A stretch of DNA of 64,000 nt, from positions 18,823 through 82,822 of the forward strand of contig CAJODM010000010.1 of NCBI GenBank assembly GCA_905233755.1, written 5' to 3'. The first letter of the stretch is position 1. Each line of letters opens with the position of its first letter. The notes below the pieces were generated by a model, which was not told the origin of the DNA, did not search any database, and saw only the letters and a program-made list of their open reading frames with translations. Shown piece after piece: positions 27,893 to 36,616 of this stretch. This DNA comes from an uncultured Ruminococcus sp. (GTDB lineage: Bacteria; Bacillota; Clostridia; Oscillospirales; Acutalibacteraceae). The position numbers and the translations under genes are program-made.

Positions 27893-28550
27893 GCTGAGAG
27901 TACAGAACCTGCTCGATCTCGACCATACTATCGCCCGCTCGCTGTTCGAGGGGATCGAGAATGTCTATGAGGCGCTCCCGCTGATACGGGACTACATCCT
28001 CGCGCTGGGGCCCACCCTCGATCCCGAGGTGTTCGAGCAGCGCGGCGACGCTGTCTGGATCGCCCGCTCGGCGACTGTCGCGCCCACCGCGTCCCTGACC
28101 GGCCCTGTGATCATCGACGAGGGCGCCGAGGTGCGCCACTGTGCGTTCATCCGCGGCAGCGTGATCGTCGGCAAGAACGCCGTCGTCGGCAACTCGACCG
28201 AGCTCAAGAACGCCGTGCTGTTCGATAACGTCCAGGCGCCGCACTATAACTATGTCGGCGACAGCATCTATGGCTATCGTTCCCATACCGGCGCGGGGGT
28301 CATCGCCTCGAACCTCAAGAGCGACAAGTCGCTGGTCACCGTGAACGTCATGGGCACGATCGTACAGACCGGCATCAAGAAGTTCGGCGCGATCATCGGC
28401 GACTATGTCGAGGTGGGGTGCAACTCGGTGATGAACCCCGGCACCGTCATCGGACGGCATACGAGCGTCTATCCGCTGTCGTTCGTGCGCGGCTATGTCG
28501 CCGGGGGCAGCATCTACAAGCGGCTGGGCGAGATCGCCGAGAAGCAGTAA
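27885..28550 (+). CDS. Left-handed beta-helix acetyltransferase (GlmU C-terminal-like)
   Basis: Hexapeptide repeats; HYNYVGDS, GCNSVMNPG. Confidence 0.85.
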   Translation: MRELRVQNLLDLDHTIARSLFEGIENVYEALPLIRDYILALGPTLDPEVFEQRGDAVWIARSATVAPTASLTGPVIIDEGAEVRHCAFIRGSVIVGKNAVVGNSTELKNAVLFDNVQAPHYNYVGDSIYGYRSHTGAGVIASNLKSDKSLVTVNVMGTIVQTGIKKFGAIIGDYVEVGCNSVMNPGTVIGRHTSVYPLSFVRGYVAGGSIYKRLGEIAEKQ

Positions 28551-28605
28551 GCCATGCTGTACAGAATCCACAAACATAGTTCTCTATTCTCATGATAACT
28601 TTTGT

Positions 28606-28634
28606 TGACATTTCTCGTGCCGATGTGGTAAAAT
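28606..28634 (+). promoter_or_regulatory. sigmaA promoter of pyr operon
   Basis: TTGACA-N17-TAAAAT with TGn. Confidence 0.85.
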
Positions 28635-28643
28635 ATCCGTAGA

Positions 28644-28727
28644 ATCTTTAAGGCGATACAGCGATATCGGCAAGATGCTGCGAATACACCCGTATAACCG
28701 AAGCCCTGCCGTGCTGCAGGGCTTTTT
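28644..28727 (+). promoter_or_regulatory. PyrR-type attenuator leader
   Basis: AUCUU-UAA...CAGCGA loop...AAGAU hairpin; terminator AAGCCCTGC/GCAGGGCTTTTT; CGGCA/TGCCG antiterminator pairing. Confidence 0.7.
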
Positions 28728-28752
28728 CTGTATAAAGAGAGGAGTGTTACCG

Positions 28753-29955
28753 TTGACAGAGTTGAAGATCCTCGCGCCCATGGGGCGATCCGATATGCTT
28801 CCTGTTGTGGACAGGTCACTTCTGCCTGCCGTGCTGTCGGGTGAATTGACGGTATTTCCCGGTTTTTGCGATGTGCATGTGCACTTTCGCGAGCCGGGTT
28901 TTTCTTATAAAGAGACCATCCGTACCGGGACGCTTGCCGCTTCACGCGGCGGCTACACCGCCGTATGCACCATGCCGAACCTCGACCCCGTGCCCGATTC
29001 GATCGCGCACCTCGCTGTACAGCAGGAGATCATCGACCGCGATGCGGTGATCGACGTGCTGCCCTATGGGGCGATCACCGTCGGCGAGCGCGGAGAGCAG
29101 CTCGCGGATATCGAGGGGATGGCGGACAGGGTGGTCGCGTTCTCGGACGACGGCCGCGGCGTACAGGACGAGTCGCTGATGCGCCGCGCGATGCTGCGCG
29201 CCAAAGCTGCAGGCAAGCGCATCGTCGCCCACTGTGAGGACAACGCGCTGCTCTTCGGCGGCTACATCCACGACGGCGACTATGCCCGCATAAACGGCCA
29301 TAACGGCATCTGTTCAAAGAGCGAGTGGGGTCCCATCGCGCGCGACGTCAAGCTCGCCGAAGAGACCGGCTGCGGCTATCACGTCTGCCACATCTCGACC
29401 AAGGAGAGCGTCGATATCATCCGCCGCGCAAAGCACAGGGGCGTCGACGTCACCTGTGAGACCGCACCGCACTACCTGCTGCTCGACGACAGCATGCTGC
29501 AGGAGGACGGCCGGTATAAGATGAACCCGCCCCTGCGCTCGAAAGAGGATCGGGCGGCGCTGATCGAGGGGCTGCTCGACGGCACCATCGACATGATCGC
29601 GACCGACCACGCCCCCCACGCGGCAGAGGAGAAGGCGCGCGGGCTGCGGGATTCTGCGTTCGGGATCGTCGGGCTCGAGACCGCGTTCCCGCTGCTGTAC
29701 ACCAAGCTCGTCAAAGAGGGCGTCCTGTCGCTCGAGCGGCTGCTGCAGCTGATGGTATCGAACCCCCGCGAGCGGTTCGGCATCCCGTATCGGCGCGATG
29801 ACTATACCGTGTGGGACCTCTCTGAGAGCTATGCTGTCGACCCCGACGGGTTTCTGTCGATGGGGCGCGCGACACCCTTTGAGGGGCAGAGGGTGTGGGG
29901 CAGGTGTGTGCTCACCGTCCGACACGGCGCGGTCGTCTATCAAAGCGAATCCTGA
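28753..29955 (+). CDS. pyrC: Dihydroorotase
   Basis: DVHVHFREPG, MPN, FSDDG, KMNPPLR, ATDHAPH; TTG start behind GAGGAG. Confidence 0.93.
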   Translation: MTELKILAPMGRSDMLPVVDRSLLPAVLSGELTVFPGFCDVHVHFREPGFSYKETIRTGTLAASRGGYTAVCTMPNLDPVPDSIAHLAVQQEIIDRDAVIDVLPYGAITVGERGEQLADIEGMADRVVAFSDDGRGVQDESLMRRAMLRAKAAGKRIVAHCEDNALLFGGYIHDGDYARINGHNGICSKSEWGPIARDVKLAEETGCGYHVCHISTKESVDIIRRAKHRGVDVTCETAPHYLLLDDSMLQEDGRYKMNPPLRSKEDRAALIEGLLDGTIDMIATDHAPHAAEEKARGLRDSAFGIVGLETAFPLLYTKLVKEGVLSLERLLQLMVSNPRERFGIPYRRDDYTVWDLSESYAVDPDGFLSMGRATPFEGQRVWGRCVLTVRHGAVVYQSES

Positions 29956-29977
29956 CAAAGGAGTATATGGAGTATAT

Positions 29978-31075
29978 ATGAAAGAACGATTTGACAGAAA
30001 GCTGATTCTCAGCAGCGGCTCCGAGTACCGCTGCCGCGGGTTCGGCTGCAGGGACGAACGGGTGCTGGAGATCGTCTTCAACACCTCGGTGGTCGGCTAT
30101 CAGGAGATTCTCTCCGACCCCAGCTATACCGACCAGGGGGTCGTGATGACCTATCCGCTGATCGGCAACTACGGCATGGCGGACGACGACTATGAGACCG
30201 CCGTGCCTACCATCGGCGCGCTGATCGTGCGCGAGTACTGTGACGAGCCGTCGAACTTCCGCTCGACAGAGACGCTCGGTCAGGTGATGGAGCGCTACGG
30301 GATCGTCGGGATCGAGGGGCTCGATACCCGCCGGCTCAACCGCGAGATCCGCGACCGCGGGTCGATGCTCGGGGTGATCACCTCGAGCGATACCACGGTC
30401 GATCGGGGGCTTGAGATGATCGCCGATTATGCCGTGCCGAATGACGCCGTGTCGCGCGTCAGCAGAGGGGCGGTGCAGGAGTACCGCGAGCCCGGCGCGT
30501 CGCTGCACGTGGTCGCTGTCGACTGCGGGATGAAGCAGAACATCATCCGCTCGCTGCTATGTCGTGGGTGCAGCGTCACGGTCGTGCCGTTCGACACCCC
30601 CGCTCGCACCATTATCAATATGAACCCCGACGGCGTGTTCCTCTCGAACGGCCCTGGCGATCCCACCGACGTGACGCCGGTGATCGAGACCGTCCGGCAG
30701 CTTAGAGGGCGGTACCCGCTGTTCGGCATCTGTCTTGGGCACCAGATCCTGTCGCTCGCCTACGGCGCGCGCACCTATAAGCTCAAGTTCGGTCATCGCG
30801 GCGGCAACCATCCGGTGAAGAACCTGCAAACCGGCCGCGTCGAGATGACCTCCCAGAACCACTCCTATGCCGTGGACGAAGCGAGTATCAGCGGAACCTC
30901 GCTGTGCGTCACACACAGGAACCTGCTCGACAACACCGTCGAGGGCGTCGCGTGCGAGAAGGATCGCGCCTTCTCGGTACAGTATCATCCCGAGTCGGCC
31001 CCCGGGCCGCAGGACAGCGCGTATCTCTTCGATCGGTTTGTTGCGATGATGAAGGAGGGACAGCCCCATGCCTAA
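29978..31075 (+). CDS. carA: Carbamoyl-phosphate synthase small subunit
   Basis: FNTSVVGYQE, LSNGPGDP, GICLGHQ, QYHPE. Confidence 0.95.
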   Translation: MKERFDRKLILSSGSEYRCRGFGCRDERVLEIVFNTSVVGYQEILSDPSYTDQGVVMTYPLIGNYGMADDDYETAVPTIGALIVREYCDEPSNFRSTETLGQVMERYGIVGIEGLDTRRLNREIRDRGSMLGVITSSDTTVDRGLEMIADYAVPNDAVSRVSRGAVQEYREPGASLHVVAVDCGMKQNIIRSLLCRGCSVTVVPFDTPARTIINMNPDGVFLSNGPGDPTDVTPVIETVRQLRGRYPLFGICLGHQILSLAYGARTYKLKFGHRGGNHPVKNLQTGRVEMTSQNHSYAVDEASISGTSLCVTHRNLLDNTVEGVACEKDRAFSVQYHPESAPGPQDSAYLFDRFVAMMKEGQPHA

Positions 31076-34000
31076 GAGAACGGATCTTCGCCGGATCATG
31101 GTGATCGGCTCGGGCCCCATCGTCATCGGTCAGGCCGCCGAGTTCGACTATGCGGGCACCCAGGCGTGTCTTGCGCTCAAGGAGGAGGGGTATGAGGTCA
31201 TCCTGTGCAACTCCAACCCCGCGACCATCATGACCGACCCCGCCATCGCCGACAAGGTATATATGGAGCCGCTGACGCTCGAGTATATCGCCAAGATTAT
31301 TCGCTATGAGCGCCCCGACGCCATCCTGCCCGGGATCGGCGGCCAGACGGGGCTGAACCTTGCGATGGCGCTCGAGGAGAAGGGCGTGCTCAGCGAGTGC
31401 TCGGTCGAGCTGCTCGGCACCTCGTCCGACAGCATCCGCCGCGCCGAGGATCGCGAGCTCTTCAAGGAGCTGTGCGAGAGCATCGGCGAGCCGGTCATCC
31501 CCTCACAGATCACCTACTCGATCTCAGAGGCGGTCGCCGCCGCCGAAACGATCGGCTATCCGGTGGTGCTGCGTCCGGCGTTCACGCTGGGCGGTACCGG
31601 CGGGGGATTTGCCGAGGATGAGACGGGGCTGCGCGCGATCGCGAAGAACGCGTTCAGTCTCTCGCCGACGCACCAGGCGCTCGTCGAGAAATCCGTCAAG
31701 GGCTACAAGGAGATCGAGTACGAGGTTATCCGCGACTCTGCCGACACGGCGATCACCGTCTGCAACATGGAGAACCTCGATCCCGTCGGCATCCATACCG
31801 GCGACTCGATCGTGCTCTGTCCGTCCCAGACGCTCACCAATAAAGAATACCAGATGCTGCGCGACGCTGCGCTGAAGATCATCCGTGCGCTCGACATCGA
31901 GGGCGGATGCAACGTCCAGTTTGCGCTGGACCCGCAGTCGATGCGCTACTATATCATCGAGGTGAACCCCCGCGTCTCGCGCTCGTCCGCGCTGGCGTCC
32001 AAGGCGTCGGGCTATCCCATCGCCCGCGTCTCGGCGAAGATCAGCGTCGGGCTGCGCCTCGAGGAGATCCCCCTCGCCAACACCCCCGCGTCGTTCGAGC
32101 CCGCGCTCGACTATGTGGTGACCAAGTTCCCGCGGTTCCCGTTCGACAAGTTCTCCGAGATCCCGAACGCCCTGTCCACCCAGATGAAGGCGACCGGCGA
32201 GGTGATGAGCGTCGGCAGAACGATGGAGGAGAGCTTGCTCAAGGCGGTGCGCTCGCTCGAGATCGGGCTGAGCCACCTGCATCACACGCGGTTCGATGCG
32301 ATGTCCGACGAGAAGCTGCGCGACTATGTCCGCATCGGCACCGACGATCGGGTGTTCGCGCTGTGCGAGCTGTACCGGCGCGGCACCGATACCGCCGTGC
32401 TGCATAAGCTGACCGGCATCGACCCGCTGTTCCTGTGCAAGATCCGCAACATCGCCGACATGGAGCGCGCGCTCACAGGGCACATCGGCGACAGCGACGC
32501 GCTGCGCTGTGCCAAGCGCATGGGATTCTCCGATGCGGCGGTCGCGTCGCTGTGGGGGATGGGCGAGGATGAGGTCTATCAGATGCGCCGCGCACACGGC
32601 ATCATGCCGGTCTACAAGATGATCGACACCTGTGCGTCCGAGTTCAAGAGCTATGTGCCCTACTTCTACTCGACCTATGAGGAGGAGAACGAGTCGATCT
32701 GCTCCGACAAGAAGAAGATCGTCGTCCTCGGCGCGGGGCCCATCCGCATCGGTCAGGGCGTCGAGTTCGACTACAGCACCGTCCACGCGGTACAGACCAT
32801 CCGCCGCTCGGGGTATGAGGCGATCATCATCAACAACAACCCCGAGACCGTCTCGACCGACTATACCACCTCCGACAAGCTCTACTTCGAGCCGCTCACC
32901 CCCGAGGACGTGATGAACGTCATCGACTATGAGCACCCCGAAGGGGTGATCGCCTCGCTCGGCGGCCAGACGGCGGTGAACCTGGCGGCTCCGCTGATGC
33001 AGCGCGGGGTCAGGATCATCGGCACCGACTGTGCCGCGATCGAGCGCGCCGAGAACCGCGACAGCTTCAACGCGATCCTCCGAGAGCTCTCGATCCCCCA
33101 GCCCCCCGGGCGCGCCGTCACCTCTATCGACGAGGGCGTCGCCGCAGCCGAGGAGATCGGCTATCCGGTGCTGGTGCGTCCGTCGTTCGTGCTGGGCGGC
33201 CGCGCGATGCAGATCGTCTCGAAAGAGGCGGATCTGCGCCACTATCTGCGCACGGCGGTCGAGATCGACGCCGACAAGCCCGTGCTCGTCGACAAGTACA
33301 TCGTCGGGCGCGAGGTCGAGGTCGACGCGGTATGCGACGGTCGCGACGTGTTCGTCCCCGGGATCATGGAGCTCGTCGAGCGCACCGGCGTTCACTCGGG
33401 CGATTCGATCAGCGTGTACCCCGCGTTCTCGATCTCGAACCGCGTCAAGGGCACCATCCTGCAGTACACCAAGAAGCTCGGGCTGTCGATCGGCATTGTC
33501 GGGCTGTACAATATCCAGTTCATCGTCGACCGCGACGACAACGTCTATATCATCGAGGTGAACCCCCGCTCCTCGCGCACCGTGCCGTTCCTGTCCAAGG
33601 CGACCGGCTACTCGCTTGCCGATATCGCCACCCAGGTGATCCTGGGCAAGAGCTTGAAGGAGCAGGGCTACTTTGACCTCTATCCCGACGAGCGCGAGCG
33701 CTACTATGTGAAGGTGCCGGTGTTCTCGTTCAGCAAGATCATCGGGCTCGACGCATATCTCAGCCCCGAGATGAAGTCCACCGGTGAGGCGATCGGCTAT
33801 GACAGAAAGCTCAACCGCGCACTCTACAAGGCGCTGCAGGCGTCGGGCACCAAGCTGAAGAACTACGGCACCGTGATCGTCACCCTTGCCGACGAGGACA
33901 AGGAGGAGGCGATCCCGCTGATACAGCGGTTCTATGACCTGGGGTTCAACATCGAGGCGACCGACCTGACCGCCAAGGTGATGCGCGAACACGGCATCAA

Positions 34001-34247
34001 GACCCGGCGGCTGGGCAAGATATCCGAGGGCTCGACCGAGATCCTCGACGCGATCCGCGCGGGCTATGTCAGCTATGTCATCAACACCCGCGCCATCCTC
34101 TCGGGCGTCCACTATGAGGACGGCGCCGCCATCCGCACCACCGCGGTCGAGAACGGCGTGACGATGTTCACCTCGCTCGATACCGTGCGCGTGCTGCTCG
34201 ATGTGCTCGAAGAGACCACCCTCACCATCTCGACCATTGACGCCTGA
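31068..34247 (+). CDS. carB: Carbamoyl-phosphate synthase large subunit
   Basis: GSGPIVIGQAAEFDYAG; duplicated ATP-grasp; MGS-like C-terminus. Confidence 0.97.
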   Translation: MPKRTDLRRIMVIGSGPIVIGQAAEFDYAGTQACLALKEEGYEVILCNSNPATIMTDPAIADKVYMEPLTLEYIAKIIRYERPDAILPGIGGQTGLNLAMALEEKGVLSECSVELLGTSSDSIRRAEDRELFKELCESIGEPVIPSQITYSISEAVAAAETIGYPVVLRPAFTLGGTGGGFAEDETGLRAIAKNAFSLSPTHQALVEKSVKGYKEIEYEVIRDSADTAITVCNMENLDPVGIHTGDSIVLCPSQTLTNKEYQMLRDAALKIIRALDIEGGCNVQFALDPQSMRYYIIEVNPRVSRSSALASKASGYPIARVSAKISVGLRLEEIPLANTPASFEPALDYVVTKFPRFPFDKFSEIPNALSTQMKATGEVMSVGRTMEESLLKAVRSLEIGLSHLHHTRFDAMSDEKLRDYVRIGTDDRVFALCELYRRGTDTAVLHKLTGIDPLFLCKIRNIADMERALTGHIGDSDALRCAKRMGFSDAAVASLWGMGEDEVYQMRRAHGIMPVYKMIDTCASEFKSYVPYFYSTYEEENESICSDKKKIVVLGAGPIRIGQGVEFDYSTVHAVQTIRRSGYEAIIINNNPETVSTDYTTSDKLYFEPLTPEDVMNVIDYEHPEGVIASLGGQTAVNLAAPLMQRGVRIIGTDCAAIERAENRDSFNAILRELSIPQPPGRAVTSIDEGVAAAEEIGYPVLVRPSFVLGGRAMQIVSKEADLRHYLRTAVEIDADKPVLVDKYIVGREVEVDAVCDGRDVFVPGIMELVERTGVHSGDSISVYPAFSISNRVKGTILQYTKKLGLSIGIVGLYNIQFIVDRDDNVYIIEVNPRSSRTVPFLSKATGYSLADIATQVILGKSLKEQGYFDLYPDERERYYVKVPVFSFSKIIGLDAYLSPEMKSTGEAIGYDRKLNRALYKALQASGTKLKNYGTVIVTLADEDKEEAIPLIQRFYDLGFNIEATDLTAKVMREHGIKTRRLGKISEGSTEILDAIRAGYVSYVINTRAILSGVHYEDGAAIRTTAVENGVTMFTSLDTVRVLLDVLEETTLTISTIDA

Positions 34248-34274
34248 TACGGTTGGGACAGAAAGGTTGCTGTG

Positions 34275-35009
34275 ATGAAGAACACGATTTTTACGATCAT
34301 CGAGAACCGTCCGCTGGTGCCGTCGATCTTTCGGATGAAGCTCTACGGCGACACCTCGGCGATCCATAACCCCGGCGAGTTCGTCAATATCCGGTTGCAC
34401 GGGTTCTATCTGCGCCGCCCGATCTCGGTATGCTGTGTGGATGACGGCGTGCTGACGCTGATCTACAAGGTCGTCGGCGCGGGTACCGAGGCGATGAGCG
34501 AGCTGTCGATCGGCGATCCGCTCGAGCTGCTCACGGGGCTTGGCAACGGGTATGACCTGTCCGCTTCGGGCGCGCGGCCGCTGTTGATCGGCGGCGGGGT
34601 GGGCGTCCCCCCGCTGTATGAGCTTGCGCGGCGGCTGACAGCATCCGACAGAAGGGTTTCTGCCGTCCTCGGCTTCAACCGCGCGGACGAGGTGTTCTAT
34701 GAGCACCACTTCAGCGCGCTTGGGTGCGACGTCACCGTCACCACCGTCGACGGCAGCTATGGGGTGCGCGGCTATGTCACCGACGCGCTGCCCGATGACT
34801 ATACCTACTTCTATGCCTGCGGCCCGCTGCCGATGCTAAAGGCGGCGGCGCGCTCGACGGTGACAGCGGGCGAGTTGAGCTTTGAAGAGCGGATGGGATG
34901 CGGGTTCGGCGCGTGCATGGGCTGCACCATCCGTACCAAGAACGGCAGCAAGCGCGTCTGCAAGGACGGGCCGGTACTGCACAAGGAGGAGATACTATGG
35001 GACGACTGA
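34275..35009 (+). CDS. pyrK: Dihydroorotate dehydrogenase electron transfer subunit
   Basis: LRRPIS, GGGVGVPP, CGFGACMGC...CKDGPV 2Fe-2S motif. Confidence 0.93.
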   Translation: MKNTIFTIIENRPLVPSIFRMKLYGDTSAIHNPGEFVNIRLHGFYLRRPISVCCVDDGVLTLIYKVVGAGTEAMSELSIGDPLELLTGLGNGYDLSASGARPLLIGGGVGVPPLYELARRLTASDRRVSAVLGFNRADEVFYEHHFSALGCDVTVTTVDGSYGVRGYVTDALPDDYTYFYACGPLPMLKAAARSTVTAGELSFEERMGCGFGACMGCTIRTKNGSKRVCKDGPVLHKEEILWDD

Positions 35010-35914
35010 GCACCACCCTGTGCGGGATCGCGCTCGACAATCCGGTGATCCCCGCCTCGGGCACCTTCGGCTACGGCACCGAGTTCGCCGCGTTCTATGA
35101 TATCAATATCCTCGGCAGCTTCTCCTTCAAGGGGACGACGCGCCGCGCGCGCTTCGGCAACCCCACGCCCCGCATCGCCGAGTGCACCGAGGGGATGCTC
35201 AACTCTGTCGGGCTGCAGAACCCCGGGGTCGAGCGGGTCATCGCCGACGAGCTGCCGCGGCTCAAACAGATTTTTCACAAGCCGGTGATGGCGAACGTCA
35301 GCGGCTTCTCGATAGAAGAGTACGCCGAGACCTGTGCCATGCTGGATGCAGAGGAGCAGGTCGGCTGGCTCGAGGTCAACGTCAGCTGTCCCAACGTCCA
35401 CGGCGGGGGGATGAGCTTCGGCACCGACCCCGATGCGGCGGCGGCGGTCACCCGCGCCGTCAAGGCGGTCACCCACAAACCCGTGATCGTCAAGCTCAGC
35501 CCCAACGTCACCGACATCGTTATGATCGCCAAAGCGGTCGAAGATGCGGGCGCGGACGGCGTGAGCTTGATCAATACCCTGCTCGGGATGCGCATCGACC
35601 TTCGGTCCCGCCGTCCGGTGCTTGCGAACACCGTGGGCGGGTTCTCGGGGCCGGCGGTGTTTCCGGTCGCGGTACGCATGGTGTATGAGGTCGCCGGCGC
35701 CGTCAGCATCCCCGTGGTGGGCATGGGCGGCGTTCGCACCGCCGAGGATGTGATCGAGATGATGCTCGCCGGTGCGTGTGCCGTCGAGGTCGGGTCCCAG
35801 AACCTTGTCGAGCCGACCGCCTGTCAGCGGATCATCGAGACGCTGCCCGAGGTGATGGATCGGCTCGGGATAGAGAATTTATCGGATATTATAGGAGGTG
35901 TTCGCCATGGGTAA
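34997..35914 (+). CDS. pyrD: Dihydroorotate dehydrogenase 1B catalytic subunit
   Basis: PASGTFG, NSVGLQNPG, NVSCPNV, VKLSPN. Confidence 0.95.
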   Translation: MGRLSTTLCGIALDNPVIPASGTFGYGTEFAAFYDINILGSFSFKGTTRRARFGNPTPRIAECTEGMLNSVGLQNPGVERVIADELPRLKQIFHKPVMANVSGFSIEEYAETCAMLDAEEQVGWLEVNVSCPNVHGGGMSFGTDPDAAAAVTRAVKAVTHKPVIVKLSPNVTDIVMIAKAVEDAGADGVSLINTLLGMRIDLRSRRPVLANTVGGFSGPAVFPVAVRMVYEVAGAVSIPVVGMGGVRTAEDVIEMMLAGACAVEVGSQNLVEPTACQRIIETLPEVMDRLGIENLSDIIGGVRHG

Positions 35915-36605
35915 GGACGTGATCGTCGCGTGTGACTTCAAGAGCGCAGAGGAGACCTTCGCGTTTCTCGACCGGTTTTGTGATCGCAAGCCGTTTGTGA
36001 AGATCGGCATGGAGCTCTTCTATGCCGAGGGACCCGCCATCGTGCGCGCGATCAAGGCGCGCGGGCACAAGGTGTTCCTCGATCTCAAGCTCCACGACAT
36101 CCCGCATACCGTCAAGCAGGCGATGGCGGTGCTGTCGCGGCTCGACGTCGATATCGTGAACCTGCACGCCGCCGGCACCGGTGCGATGATGCGCGCGGCG
36201 ATAGAGGGGCTGACCCGCGACGACGGCACGCGGCCGCTGCTGATCGCCGTGACCCAGCTGACCTCTACCGATCAGCGCGCGATGGAGGACGACCTGATGA
36301 TCCATGCGCCGATCGACGAGGTGGTGATGCACTATGCGCTGACCGCGAAGAACGCCGGTCTCGACGGCGTGGTCTGTTCGCCGAGAGAGGCGGGCGCGGT
36401 GCACGCGTGCTGCGGCGAACGGTTCCTGACCGTGACCCCTGGGGTGCGGTTCTCAAACGGCGACGTCGGCGACCAGCGGCGCGTCATGACCCCGATGGAG
36501 GCAAGACGGATCGGCTCTGACTATATCGTTGTCGGCCGTCCGATCACCGCAGCGCCCGACCCCGTTGCCGCCTATGAGCGGTGCGTGCGGGAGTTCGTGT
36601 CCTGA
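35907..36605 (+). CDS. pyrF: Orotidine-5'-phosphate decarboxylase
   Basis: FLDLKLHDIP, VTPGVR, IVVGRPI. Confidence 0.96.
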   Translation: MGKDVIVACDFKSAEETFAFLDRFCDRKPFVKIGMELFYAEGPAIVRAIKARGHKVFLDLKLHDIPHTVKQAMAVLSRLDVDIVNLHAAGTGAMMRAAIEGLTRDDGTRPLLIAVTQLTSTDQRAMEDDLMIHAPIDEVVMHYALTAKNAGLDGVVCSPREAGAVHACCGERFLTVTPGVRFSNGDVGDQRRVMTPMEARRIGSDYIVVGRPITAAPDPVAAYERCVREFVS

Positions 36606-36616
36606 GGATACAGATA

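Noticed and set aside
29960-29977. GGAGTATAT duplicated before carA
   Set aside because: A 9-bp duplication of the RBS region with no other mobile-element evidence
31524-34709. 1061-aa antisense ORF, and similar long shadow ORFs such as 5122-6498, 12278-14320, 49788-51323 and 59879-61273
   Set aside because: Mirror-frame artefacts of high-GC codon bias opposite well-supported genes; no motifs or RBS
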